Program-made: the position numbers and the translations under genes
From: Chloroflexota bacterium
GTDB lineage: Bacteria; Chloroflexota; UBA11872; VXOZ01
NCBI GenBank assembly: GCA_965221905.1
Contig: OZ244922.1
Coordinates: 1,728,001 to 1,792,000, forward strand
Direction: 5' to 3'
DNA: 64,000 bases
Part shown: one piece after another, positions 29,409-39,487 of the stretch
Position numbering within the stretch: the stretch's first letter is position 1
Layout: every line of letters begins with the position of its first letter
Notes under the pieces: generated by a model
The model's database searches: none
What the model saw: only the letters and a program-made list of their open reading frames with translations
What the model was told of the DNA's origin: nothing

Positions 29409-29561
29409 ATGCTGGCCAAGATTATGGCTGCCACGCTTGTAGGGCTGGATAGCGCCCAAGTTGAGGTAGAAGTTGATCTTGCTGACGGCCTGCCGATTAC
29501 GGTGGTTGGTGGCGTGCTCGCTGGCTGGGTATGGGACTTGATAATGCGGCCGCAGGCCTAG
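29409..29561 (+). pseudogene. Duplicated 5' fragment of comM (first 29 codons) followed by divergent sequence
   Basis: MLAKIMAATLVGLDSAQVEVEVDLADGLP is identical to the N-terminus of 31673; strong GGAGG RBS. Confidence 0.85.
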
Positions 29562-29824
29562 AGACGCACGCACAGAAATTGAGAAGAAAAAGAGGACCGG
29601 CCCTACTTGCGTCCAATTAGCCGTGCGAACATGTCGAGCACGGCATGCACGGGTCCGAATTACGTGAGTCCCGTTCTTTGCCGGGCTTCAGCAGCCTGCC
29701 TGGCGCACTTCACGCAGGTGCAGTAGGGCGGATGAGCCGCCCGCCGGTATGATCTGTCGTCTATGATGCAAAGTGTAAATCAACCTGGATGAACCGTTTT
29801 CGAGCGGACCACGGGAGCGCCAAC

Positions 29825-31387
29825 GTGAAGATATCCAACGTCAACACCACCGACATCAAGTCGGCGATCAAACTTGGTTGCCGGACGATGTCGAACGTGT
29901 TCAACGCCGACGACAACGACATCCCGTTCTTTGGTTCAGAGGTCCTTCCCAACCCCCGGCTCAGCTTCAGCAACGTCCACTCTGAGTCTCATGTGCCGGG
30001 CAGGCACCTGAACGCCCTGCTGAATGCCGAAGACGCGGCTGGCGTCTCGATCTCGGAAGAGGCGGTCGAAAAACACGCCGCAGCGGCCTTCTTCTCCTAC
30101 TCCGGCCCCGTGCCTCTGCCCATGAACCGCGACCGCGTGAACGGACCAATCGAGAACTTCAACGATCACAACGTGCGTGAGGGAATGCATGCTCTTTACG
30201 CCCTGGTCAAGTATCGAAACTCCGACATGGCGAGGGAAGTGGCCGAATCCAGCATCGAGTTCATTCTCGATGCGTGGGACCCGGTGGACGGCTGGGACCG
30301 CGAAGGGATTTCGGCGGCCCACGGCATTCGCTGGACCCGGCAGAACACATTCATTACGGGAGTCGCCCGCGCCATCGGCCCGCTGGTCAAGTACTTCCGG
30401 GCCACCGGCTCGGGCAAAGCGCTCGAACTGGCATCTCTCCTGGCCGAGAAGGCCACGTCCGAGTTCTACTTGCCGGACGGGTCGTATGACCGCGAGAAGT
30501 TCGGCACGCACACGCACTCGACGACCTGCGTCTTGTCCTCTCTCGCGCAGCTTGCGGACCTGACCGGCGACGCCGCACTCCTGGAGCGAGTACGGGCCTT
30601 TGCCGACAACGGGCTGTGGGCGATCCGCGACGAACTGGGCTGGGTGATCGAGAGCAGCGCCGACGACAGCCCGGCCGACAAGGGCGAGGGCAACAACACC
30701 GGCGACATCGTCGAAACAGACCTGATACTCGGCCGGCACGGATATCCCGGGTACTTCCAGGACGCCGAAAGGATACTACGCGGGCACCTGTTGCCGTCCC
30801 AACTTCGCGACGCGGATTTCATCCCCGAACCTGCCAATCCGGCAGACGAAGATGGTCTGAGAAGTGTGAGAGAACGGCACCTGGGAGCGTTTGGGTTTCC
30901 AGCGCCGTACGGCCACCGCCCGATTGGTCTCGAGCGGGTCAGCTTCAATATGGACATAGTCGGCGGAGTAGTCGGGACCCTCTGCGAAGTGCTCAGGGAG
31001 GGCGTCGTGACAGGGCCCGATGGCGTACGGGTGAACCTGCTGTTGGACCAGGACACGCCGGACGCGCGGGTGCAGGCGGGCGAATCGTCAGGCCGAGTGA
31101 GCGTGACGACCAGACACGCGGCGCCACTTTGGATCAGATTGCCGCGGTGGGCCGACAGGTCTGCGTTGCAAGTCAGTGGTACCGACGACTACCTGGTATT
31201 GGGAGAACACCTGTTCATTGCCCAACCTGATCCGGGTAAACCAATTTCACTGGAATACCCGGCGGCACGGACTGAAATTACGCTCGCTCACCGCACGCGC
31301 AACATCCGGACGGCTCTTGAAGGAGACGCGGTGGCGGCGATGGACAATTTCGGCGCTGAACTGACGTTTTTCGACCCGCTTCACTGA
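29825..31387 (+). CDS. Hypothetical protein, possibly (alpha/alpha)6 six-hairpin glycosidase / GH127-like
   Basis: Long ORF with GC3-rich codons; helical core with GxHTHS and DAERILRGHLLPSQ; beta-rich C-terminus (LWIRLPRWA). Start is either GTG 29825 or ATG 29789. The family call is tentative. Confidence 0.6.
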   Translation: MKISNVNTTDIKSAIKLGCRTMSNVFNADDNDIPFFGSEVLPNPRLSFSNVHSESHVPGRHLNALLNAEDAAGVSISEEAVEKHAAAAFFSYSGPVPLPMNRDRVNGPIENFNDHNVREGMHALYALVKYRNSDMAREVAESSIEFILDAWDPVDGWDREGISAAHGIRWTRQNTFITGVARAIGPLVKYFRATGSGKALELASLLAEKATSEFYLPDGSYDREKFGTHTHSTTCVLSSLAQLADLTGDAALLERVRAFADNGLWAIRDELGWVIESSADDSPADKGEGNNTGDIVETDLILGRHGYPGYFQDAERILRGHLLPSQLRDADFIPEPANPADEDGLRSVRERHLGAFGFPAPYGHRPIGLERVSFNMDIVGGVVGTLCEVLREGVVTGPDGVRVNLLLDQDTPDARVQAGESSGRVSVTTRHAAPLWIRLPRWADRSALQVSGTDDYLVLGEHLFIAQPDPGKPISLEYPAARTEITLAHRTRNIRTALEGDAVAAMDNFGAELTFFDPLH

Positions 31388-31672
31388 CTGTGACACGTTG
31401 GCTTCGGCTGCGGGCCGACAGCGCGCAACATTCCTTCGGCGGATCAAATGTTCGATTAGTGCCGGAGACGGCAGTTTCCGCCGTTTGGGGGCGAAATTGC
31501 TTCTAGTTGGGCAGGCGCTTCCCTCGAAGGGACTATGCACCATTGACATCGGCGATATGCGGCAGAGAGCGCCGACGTAGCCATTTGCTTCATTCCTTGC
31601 TTACGTGTACAAGTCTCCGTACCTTTAGTGATGCATGTGTAAGACTGATTTAGCTGGACACTAGGATTCGGT

Positions 31673-33196
31673 ATGCTCGCCAAGATTATGGCTGCCACGC
31701 TTGTAGGGCTGGATAGCGCCCAAGTCGAGGTAGAAGTAGATCTCGCCGACGGTCTCCCCTCATTTGTCATTGTCGGCTTGCCCGACACGGCTGTGCAGGA
31801 AGCGCGAGAACGGGTGCGCGCTGCTGTGCGCAACTCAGGCTTTGTCTTTCCACAGAAACGGGTAACGGTCAATCTCGCGCCGGCGGACGTAGCAAAGGAA
31901 GGCACCGGGCTCGAAGTCGCCATTGCCATCGGAATTCTCGTTGCCAGCGGTCAATTAGCTGCAGAAGGATTGGAAGAGTCGCTATTCCTTGGCGAATTGG
32001 CGCTTGAAGGGGCGCTGCGCCATACGAGAGGCGTTCTGCCGCTTGTGTCCAATTGCCTCGGCTGGGGCGTACGCACCGTATTCGTGCCGGAGTCCAACGG
32101 CGGGGAGGCCGCGATCATAGCCGGACTGGCAGTTTATCCGGCGACTCACCTGCGGCAACTGGTGTTGCACCTCAACGGCATGGAATCGCTTGCCAAAGCC
32201 CGACCGCCGGACGCGGAGAACAATGACCCGGTGGAATACGATGTCGATCTGGCGGACGTAAAGGGCCAAGAGCACGCCAAGCGCGCCTTGGAAGTGGCGT
32301 GCAGCGGCGGCCATAACGTGCTCTTTTCCGGTCCGCCCGGCACCGGCAAGTCCCTGCTTGCCCAGGCCGTTTCGTCGATCTTGCCGCCGCTCTCGCTGGA
32401 GGAAGCCATTGAGGTGAGCAAAGTCTATAGCGTGTGCGGACTATTGCAGCCGGATGAACCTCTCGTCTTGAAGCGGCCTTTTCGCTCGCCCCACCACACC
32501 GTCTCCCATGCGGGACTTGTCGGCGGCGGGCGCTTTCCGCGACCGGGTGAAATCAGCCAGGCGCATCGCGGCGTCCTGTTCCTCGATGAGATACCCGAGT
32601 TCCCCAGCAACATGCTCGACATGCTGCGCCAGCCGCTCGAATCCGGCAAAGTGACAATCTCGCGAGCTTCGGGTTCAATGACGTTTCCCGCACAGTTCTT
32701 GCTCATCGGCGCGATGAACCCCTGCCCGTGCGGCTGGTACGGCGATCCGGTGCGCACCTGCACGTGCAATCCCGCCATCGTCACGCGCTATCAGAGAAAA
32801 CTCTCCGGCCCGCTCCTCGACCGCGTAGACATTCATGTTGAAGTACCGCGTGTAGAGTATGAAAAGCTGACAGAAGATCGACGCGGCGAACCGTCGGCAG
32901 ACGTGCGCGAGCGCGTTATCCGCGCGCGTCAGGTGCAACGGGAACGGTTTGCCGAGCTCCCCTTCAAGACCAACGGCGAAATAGGGCCCCGTCACGTGCG
33001 TGAATTCTGCGCGCTCCAAGAGGAGGCGCAGAATCTCATGCGGACGGCCATGGATCGCATGCAATTGACTGCGCGCAGCTTTCATCGCGTGCTCAAGCTC
33101 GCTCGCACGATTGCGGACATGGACGAAGCCGAATCCATTGCAGTCCAGCACTTGGCTGAGGCCCTGCAATACCGTCCCAAGCTCATCACCAGCTAG
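31673..33196 (+). CDS. comM: YifB/ComM Mg-chelatase-like AAA ATPase
   Basis: IVGLPDTAVQEARERVRAA, VNLAPAD, Walker A GPPGTGKS, RPFRSPHH, FLDEIPEF, MNPCPCG and SGPLLDR. Confidence 0.93.
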   Translation: MLAKIMAATLVGLDSAQVEVEVDLADGLPSFVIVGLPDTAVQEARERVRAAVRNSGFVFPQKRVTVNLAPADVAKEGTGLEVAIAIGILVASGQLAAEGLEESLFLGELALEGALRHTRGVLPLVSNCLGWGVRTVFVPESNGGEAAIIAGLAVYPATHLRQLVLHLNGMESLAKARPPDAENNDPVEYDVDLADVKGQEHAKRALEVACSGGHNVLFSGPPGTGKSLLAQAVSSILPPLSLEEAIEVSKVYSVCGLLQPDEPLVLKRPFRSPHHTVSHAGLVGGGRFPRPGEISQAHRGVLFLDEIPEFPSNMLDMLRQPLESGKVTISRASGSMTFPAQFLLIGAMNPCPCGWYGDPVRTCTCNPAIVTRYQRKLSGPLLDRVDIHVEVPRVEYEKLTEDRRGEPSADVRERVIRARQVQRERFAELPFKTNGEIGPRHVREFCALQEEAQNLMRTAMDRMQLTARSFHRVLKLARTIADMDEAESIAVQHLAEALQYRPKLITS

Positions 33197-33489
33197 ACAC
33201 TCTATAGCTCCCCTTGTGGACTCTTCTCCTTTGGTCATTAGCGGCGCAGTGCGCCTCTCATAGCCAAGTAAGCGGTCTTTTGATGAGCACGCTTGCTGAA
33301 CGAAGGGCCTCAGGCGCCTTGATTCTTGGAGGATCGTTTGGGCGCCGCTTCTTCTTGGGAAGCCCTCTGTCACAGTCTGAGACTTCGATCAATTGGTGCG
33401 CTATAGTATAAGGACGCCTCGCGGAACCCCGTTGGAAGAGGCTGTTACTCCCGTAAATTGACCGGTTAGCGGATGCTGAGGATTCGGTA

Positions 33490-34887
33490 GTGAACAAAGA
33501 CACCGAAAACGTGAATGCTGCAAACAATCGCGCTTCGCCGCGTGCGCACAGGCCGTTTCGTGTCTTTGGCCTCTTTCAAGAGTTCGCTCATGCGCAGGCC
33601 TCCAGTGGCATCGTCTTGATGGTCTGCGTGATCGTTGCCATCGTGTGGGCAAATTCCCCTTTTGGCTCTTCATACTATGACCTCTGGCATCTCCACATTG
33701 CCGTCAAATTCGGCGACGTTCATTGGCTAAACGATGTGTTCGACCAGCCGCTCGAATACTGGATAAACGACGGCCTGATGGCAATCTTCTTCTTTGTGGT
33801 GGGCCTTGAGATAAAGCGCGAGGTAATTGCCGGAGAACTCGCCTCCCTGCGACGCGCGATGCTGCCAATCATGGCGGCTATCGGTGGCATGCTTGTGCCC
33901 GCTGCCATCTTCCTGTGGTTCAACTGGGGCGGGCCGGCGCAACGCGGCTGGGGCATCCCCATGGCAACCGACATCGCGTTTACGCTCGGCGTGATGGCAG
34001 TCCTGGGTAGCAGAGTGCCCACTCCCATAAAGGTTTTCCTCACCGCTCTCGCCATCGTGGACGACATTGGCGCGGTGCTCGTAATTGCTATTTTCTATAC
34101 GAGCGACATCTCGCTGCTGGCGTTAGGCATCGCAGGGGTGTTCGTGCTATTGATGATAGCGGCCAATCGAATGGGAATTCGCAGCACCCTGGTGTACATC
34201 CTCTTGGGGGCGTGCGGTCTGTGGCCGGCCTTTATATTTTCGGGCGTACACCCGACCGTGGCGGGGGTCATGGCCGCGTTTACGATTCCGGTGCGCCGGC
34301 GTATCGATAGCGCGGAATTCACCAACTTGAGCCGCGTGTACATCGACGAGTTTGCGCAGGCCTCGGGTCACGGGGACAGTGTGCTGGCGAATGAAGAGCA
34401 GGTTTCCCTGATGCGCTCAATCGAGCGAACTGCCCTCGGAGCGCAATCGCCGTTGCAGCGCTTTGAGAACACGCTTCACCCTTGGACGGTTTTCGGCATC
34501 ATGCCTTTGTTTGCGCTCGCCAACGCCGGTGTCTCGATCAAGGCTGACTTTACCAGTATGATCGAAGAGCCGTTGGCTCGGGGTGTGGCGCTAGGTCTCC
34601 TTGTCGGCAAGCCGCTCGGCATCATGCTCTTTTCCGTAGTAGCGGTGCGGTTGGGTCTCGCTACGTTGCCCAGTCGCGTGCGTTGGGTCCACGTGTTTGG
34701 CGCGGGATGCCTGGCGGGAATTGGCTTCACGATGTCGCTCTTCATTGCCAATCTCGCAATGGGCGGCACGGAGTTGTTGGAAGCCGCAAAGATCAGCATT
34801 TTGGTGGGATCGTTGCTAGCAGGTATTCTCGGCTGGTTGGTCTTTCAGTTTGCCCCGCTCTTCGGCCGGAGCCGCAGCGGCGAATAA
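33490..34887 (+). CDS. nhaA: Na+/H+ antiporter NhaA
   Basis: WINDGLMAIFFFVVGLEIKRE, GWGIPMATDIAF, LAIVDD and GIGFTMSLFI. Confidence 0.96.
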   Translation: MNKDTENVNAANNRASPRAHRPFRVFGLFQEFAHAQASSGIVLMVCVIVAIVWANSPFGSSYYDLWHLHIAVKFGDVHWLNDVFDQPLEYWINDGLMAIFFFVVGLEIKREVIAGELASLRRAMLPIMAAIGGMLVPAAIFLWFNWGGPAQRGWGIPMATDIAFTLGVMAVLGSRVPTPIKVFLTALAIVDDIGAVLVIAIFYTSDISLLALGIAGVFVLLMIAANRMGIRSTLVYILLGACGLWPAFIFSGVHPTVAGVMAAFTIPVRRRIDSAEFTNLSRVYIDEFAQASGHGDSVLANEEQVSLMRSIERTALGAQSPLQRFENTLHPWTVFGIMPLFALANAGVSIKADFTSMIEEPLARGVALGLLVGKPLGIMLFSVVAVRLGLATLPSRVRWVHVFGAGCLAGIGFTMSLFIANLAMGGTELLEAAKISILVGSLLAGILGWLVFQFAPLFGRSRSGE

Positions 34888-35139
34888 GGCGTTCCGGTAT
34901 CGTGCGAATACTTGCGCTCCAGAACTGCCTCTCTCGATTAGCTGTCGACTGTGGTCGTACATTGTGCCTGCCCTAGGAATGATGGCGGCTACTGACCGCA
35001 GGGCCGCCAAAACGGTGCAACTCGACCGTAATACGAGACACTTCCTGCAATCGAGAAGAGTGGAGAATCCGGCCCAAGTCTTGGAAAGGCGCTGTGGATG
35101 AGACAAGAACGGCGCCGCAGAACTGTACGAACGACCGGA

Positions 35140-36471
35140 CTATCCGAGAAGGCGCGTGAGATTGCTCGGAATCTTGCCCGTCGCCAGTGATTTCATCACG
35201 GCCTGCATCTGGCGGAAATTGTTGAGGAGTTGGTTGACTTCGGCAGGGGTTGTGCCGCTGCCGGCCGCTATGCGCCGCCGCCGGGAACCATCGATGATTG
35301 CAGGGCTGCGCCGTTCAGCCAGAGTCATCGAGTAGATCATGGCCTCTACGCGGGCGAACTGGCGTTCGTCTAGCGCCGCAGCCATTGCGGGATTGCGCAT
35401 GAACTGACCCATACCGGGGACCATTTCGAGAATTTGTCCCAACGATCCCATTTTCTTGATCTGCTGCAACTGCTCTACAAAGTCCTCCAAGGTAAAGCTG
35501 GCGGTGCGAATCTTCTTCTCTAGAGCAGCAGCCTGTTCGGCATCGATGGTCTCTTCCGCGCGCTCGATGAGACTGAGCACGTCGCCCATGCCCAAGATGC
35601 GCGATGCTAAGCGGTCCGGATAGAAGGGATCGAGCGGCTCGATCTTCTCGCCGCTGCCCAGAAACCTAATCGGTATGCCGGTCACACTCCGTACGGACAG
35701 CGCTGCACCGCCGCGCGCGTCGCCGTCGGTCTTCGTGAGGATTAGTCCCGTGAGCGGCACCTGGTCGTGGAATGCCTGTGCCACGTTGACGGCTTCTTGA
35801 CCCGTCATGGCATCGGCAACGAGCAGCACCTCTTGGGGTGAGACGGCTGCCGCGATTTCCTGAATCTCTTCCATCATATCCGTGTCAATCTGAAGGCGTC
35901 CTGCCGTATCAACGATGACTGTGTTCAGCCGCTCTTTTCGCGCTCGTTCGACGGCTGTTTTGGCAATTATCGTGGGCGGTTGAGTCGTGCCCATGGCATG
36001 CACCGGCACATCTATTTGCTTGCCGATGGTCTGAAGCTGTTCGATTGCCGCGGGACGATAGATGTCCGCCGCAGCCAGCAGGCAGCGCTGTCCTTGCTTG
36101 CGCAGCGCCAGGGCAAGCTTGCCCGCGGCGGTTGTCTTGCCTGAGCCCTGCAGGCCAACCAGCATGATAACGTGCGGCGGCGAGCCGGTCAGCGTGAGCG
36201 GAACGGGATCGCCGAGCAGGCGGATGAGCTCTTCATGAACGATCTTGACGACCTGCTGCCCCGGCGTCAGGCTTTCCATGACCTCGGCGCCTATGGCCCG
36301 TTCGCGCAGCGCCTTGAGAAAACTGCGCACGACCTTGAAACTAACGTCAGCCTCGAACAGCGCCAGGCGTACCTCACGCAAGGCGGCATCCACGTCGGCC
36401 TCGCTCAGTTTGCCGCGCCCGCGCAGCCCCTTGAGCACGCCCTGCAGGCGATCGGAAAGCGATTCAAACAT
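35140..36471 (-). CDS. ffh: Signal recognition particle protein
   Basis: MFESLSDRL, GLQGSGKTT, DTAGRL, DGDARGGAALS, RILGMGD and the M domain. Confidence 0.97.
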   Translation of the reverse strand: MFESLSDRLQGVLKGLRGRGKLSEADVDAALREVRLALFEADVSFKVVRSFLKALRERAIGAEVMESLTPGQQVVKIVHEELIRLLGDPVPLTLTGSPPHVIMLVGLQGSGKTTAAGKLALALRKQGQRCLLAAADIYRPAAIEQLQTIGKQIDVPVHAMGTTQPPTIIAKTAVERARKERLNTVIVDTAGRLQIDTDMMEEIQEIAAAVSPQEVLLVADAMTGQEAVNVAQAFHDQVPLTGLILTKTDGDARGGAALSVRSVTGIPIRFLGSGEKIEPLDPFYPDRLASRILGMGDVLSLIERAEETIDAEQAAALEKKIRTASFTLEDFVEQLQQIKKMGSLGQILEMVPGMGQFMRNPAMAAALDERQFARVEAMIYSMTLAERRSPAIIDGSRRRRIAAGSGTTPAEVNQLLNNFRQMQAVMKSLATGKIPSNLTRLLG

Positions 36472-36486
36472 AATTAACACACACCA

Positions 36487-37224
36487 TTAGGTATCGAGCT
36501 TGTTTGCCCCATGCTGGGCTACGAGGTTTTGGGACTCCAGGTACATCTCGAATGATTCACCGCAGTCTGCCCAAAAGCCCTCAAGAATATCGTACTCCAG
36601 ATTGCCTTCCTGGAGATAGTAGCTATTAACGTCCGTAATCTCCATCTCACCCCGTCCTGAGGGGCGGAGCTTGGAGACGATCTCAAAAACCCGCTCATCG
36701 TAGAAGTAAATCCCGGTCTGTACGAGATTTGACTTCGGTCTTGCCGGCTTCTCTGTGATGTTCTTGATGCGGCCGTCCTCGATCTCTACCACGCCGTAGC
36801 TCGATGGATTCTCAACCCGGGTCAACATGACGCGCGCGCCCCGCTCCTGCGCCTCGAAGTTTCGGCGTGCTGCGAGCAGGTTCCCTTCAATGATGTTATC
36901 GCCGAGCATCAGTAACAGGGAGTCGCCTTCCGCAAAGTCCCGCGCTAGTCCGAGGGCGTGGGCGATGCCGGCAGGACGATCCTGATACGTGTAGTGGAGG
37001 CGCTTCAGACCAAAGTCGCTGCCGTTTCCCAACAAGCGCAAGAAATCACCGGCGTTACTGCCGCCGGTCACTAACATAATGTCGGTTATACCGGCGTTCA
37101 CCAGAGTCTGGATGGGATAGTACACCATTGGCTTGTCATAAATCGGCAATAGATGCTTGTTTGCCACCCGAGTGAGCGGGTCCAAGCGACTACCACTGCC
37201 TCCGACCAGAATGACACCCTTCAC
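36487..37224 (-). CDS. Sugar-phosphate nucleotidyltransferase (short glucose-1-phosphate thymidylyltransferase type)
   Basis: MKGVILVGGSGSRLDPLT..NKHLLPIYDKPM, LGDN, EKP and RGEMEITDVN. Confidence 0.88.
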   Translation of the reverse strand: MKGVILVGGSGSRLDPLTRVANKHLLPIYDKPMVYYPIQTLVNAGITDIMLVTGGSNAGDFLRLLGNGSDFGLKRLHYTYQDRPAGIAHALGLARDFAEGDSLLLMLGDNIIEGNLLAARRNFEAQERGARVMLTRVENPSSYGVVEIEDGRIKNITEKPARPKSNLVQTGIYFYDERVFEIVSKLRPSGRGEMEITDVNSYYLQEGNLEYDILEGFWADCGESFEMYLESQNLVAQHGANKLDT

Positions 37225-37287
37225 GCTGCACGTTCCTTTCCGCTGTTATCTGAAGCGCCACACTATACTTGCTGAAACGTGCCAATT

Positions 37288-38229
37288 CTACGTCGGCACG
37301 GGCTCACCAAGTAAGGCACGGACGAACCGTGTGCTATCAAAAACATCCATATCATTCAATTGCTCGCCCGTGCCCACGAGCTTAATGGGAAGATTCAATT
37401 CACGGGCAATGCCGAAGACACTGCCGCCCCGTGCGGTGCTATCGAGTTTGGTTAGGACAATTCCCGATACGTTAACCGAGTCACAAAAGATCTTCGCTTG
37501 ATTGAGTACGTTCTGCCCCATGATCGCATCGATTACAAGCAAGGTCTCAATCGCCGGAGCACCCACGCGGTTGGCAACGATACGCTGCACCTTGCGGAGC
37601 TCATCCATGAGGTTTGCCTTGGTATGGAGACGACCGGCAGTGTCCACGATGAGGTGCGAGGCATTGCGCGCGAGCGCGGCATCGATGGCATCGAAAACCA
37701 CTGCGCCAGGGTCCGACCCCGGCTGCTGCGCAATGAGGGGCACGTCCAGGCGCTCCGCCCAAATACGTAGCTGATCAATGGCGGCAGCGCGAAACGTGTC
37801 CGCCGCCGCCAGAATGCAGGTGTGGCCTTGCTCCTGCAGCCAGTGCGCCAGTTTCGCCGACATCGTGGTCTTGCCGGAACCGTTGACGCCAACCATAAGG
37901 ACAACGGTGAGGGGTTGCGCGGTAAGGAGCTCACCAGAGTCTGCAGTGAGTTGTGCTACGAGCAGATCTTCAATCAGACCGTGCGCGTCTGCCGCCGAAT
38001 CGAGCTTGGCTTGCGCAACCGTCTCCCGCGCACTCCTAATGAGGTCGTCAGCAAGATAAGGGCCCACGTCGGCCATGATAAGGGTGGCTTCAAGCTCTTC
38101 CCAAAAGTCTTCGTCCAGCCGGACTCCGGGCCGAAAGAGCTCACGGAGCGCCGAAAAGGCGCCCCCGCGACTCTTTTCCACACTCTCTTCGAGCGACTTG
38201 CCACCAAGTATCTGTTTGAACCGCTTCAC
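37288..38229 (-). CDS. ftsY: SRP receptor FtsY
   Basis: GVNGSGKTT, AAADTFRAAAIDQL, DTAGRLH and TKLDSTARGG. GTG 38229 is the likely start because the longer ORF overlaps the upstream gene. Confidence 0.93.
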   Translation of the reverse strand: MKRFKQILGGKSLEESVEKSRGGAFSALRELFRPGVRLDEDFWEELEATLIMADVGPYLADDLIRSARETVAQAKLDSAADAHGLIEDLLVAQLTADSGELLTAQPLTVVLMVGVNGSGKTTMSAKLAHWLQEQGHTCILAAADTFRAAAIDQLRIWAERLDVPLIAQQPGSDPGAVVFDAIDAALARNASHLIVDTAGRLHTKANLMDELRKVQRIVANRVGAPAIETLLVIDAIMGQNVLNQAKIFCDSVNVSGIVLTKLDSTARGGSVFGIARELNLPIKLVGTGEQLNDMDVFDSTRFVRALLGEPVPT

Positions 38230-38348
38230 CGCGGAGTTTTCTGCATGTGTGTAGAGGGTGTCATCTTGTTCATTGCGTTTCGTGGGAGCAGGCGGGCGGC
38301 ATGGCCGCTCATGTCGCGGCCCAGGCTCGTGTCCGATCGGGAAAGAAC

Positions 38349-39182
38349 CTACTCCGTGAGGTAGACGCCTACCTCCATCAGCGATGTGTACTCGGTACTC
38401 CCATAGTTGCTCAGAATGACGATCTTCACATACCACGTTGGATGAGTCTCGAAAGTAAAACGCTGCAAGAGCGGGCTCTCAGCCAGTGTAAACGTGCCCA
38501 CTTCTTCCCACGGCCCATCTGCAGATTCTGTGCTTACAAAGACGCGAAACTCTTGAGGCCACGTTTCTGGCGGGCTTTGTTCGCTGGCCTGAAGCGTAAT
38601 CGCATTCGCATAGGCTTGGCCTCCCGCAAGCACCTCACGCTCGATGCCTAAGACGACTTCCTGCGGAAGAGTGGCATTCTCTGAGCGCCAGTCCGCAACT
38701 ATGGTGCCGGTCCACCCATCCACCAAACGCTTAGCAACGTGGTCGCCATCCTCCCGCTCGCTGGAAGCAGCAAGCACCTGACCGCCCACAATTGCTTCGA
38801 CGAGGTTTAGCCCCTCAGAAGTTTGCAGCGTGCGACTGAATGCGCGCGCCACGCGCGCAGCTTCTTCCGGCTCTAGAGTGATCGAGGCAAGCTGTCTTCC
38901 AAAAATGCCGCCAACTGCCAAGATCAAGGCTAAGAACCCCAGGGTAAAGATTACTGACGAGCGTTTTGGCGCAAAGTCCATAAGCTTTTGACGCAAAGGA
39001 CGTTGGCGGCGCGCCTGAATAGCGTCATATTGCGTAGCGCAATGGAGGCAGAAATGCCGCTCGCCCCGAGCAGTCAAGCATTCATCGCAAAACACGGTAC
39101 CACAGCGATCGCAACGATCGGTGGTCTTGCGATGCGGATGGTTGTAGCACGCGTACTGCTCACGCAGCAAAATCTTTGCCAT
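38349..39182 (-). CDS. B-box-like Zn finger + TM + discoidin (F5/8 type C)-like domain protein
   Basis: CYNH...CDRCGTVFCDEC...FCLHC; a single TM; A..LVDG...W.S...PQEVVL...YVKIVILSNYG...LMEVGVY. Confidence 0.65.
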   Translation of the reverse strand: MAKILLREQYACYNHPHRKTTDRCDRCGTVFCDECLTARGERHFCLHCATQYDAIQARRQRPLRQKLMDFAPKRSSVIFTLGFLALILAVGGIFGRQLASITLEPEEAARVARAFSRTLQTSEGLNLVEAIVGGQVLAASSEREDGDHVAKRLVDGWTGTIVADWRSENATLPQEVVLGIEREVLAGGQAYANAITLQASEQSPPETWPQEFRVFVSTESADGPWEEVGTFTLAESPLLQRFTFETHPTWYVKIVILSNYGSTEYTSLMEVGVYLTE

Positions 39183-39271
39183 AGCGAATGCCCAGGAGCG
39201 TTACTCTGAGATTACCCTCATAGTGCGCTGTTGTGCCGGTTGCACACGACCGGTGGCTTCAGCGGAAGATA

Positions 39272-39487
39272 CTAGCGAACAGGACGAGGCTCCCGTTCAG
39301 CATCGGTGACTCGTTCGTTTACGTAAATATCTCCGTTGCGGATCTTGAGATTGAAGAAGCAGTCAGGATTTGTGCACACCCACGCCTTGAACAGTAACGA
39401 CGAGCCTTGACCGCCAAAATCGGAAAACGGCACGAGCACGCCCGTATGACACTTCAGGCACTGGGGAAAGTTGATCATGGTCTCCAT
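39272..39487 (-). CDS. Small Zn-ribbon protein
   Basis: CLKC...WVCTNPDC pair of Cys knuckles; purine-rich RBS upstream. Confidence 0.75.
   Translation of the reverse strand: METMINFPQCLKCHTGVLVPFSDFGGQGSSLLFKAWVCTNPDCFFNLKIRNGDIYVNERVTDAEREPRPVR

Noticed and set aside
31442-31453. LexA-like box GATC-AAAT-GTTC upstream of comM
   Set aside because: It mismatches GAAC-N4-GTTC in the core, lies ~220 bp from the start, and is a single instance.
33197-33489. Na+/Li+ riboswitch upstream of nhaA
   Set aside because: No recognisable motif or convincing structure was seen by eye.
38230-38436. N-terminal extension of FtsY in the ORF track
   Set aside because: It overlaps the upstream gene and has no FtsY-like character; GTG 38229 is more plausible.
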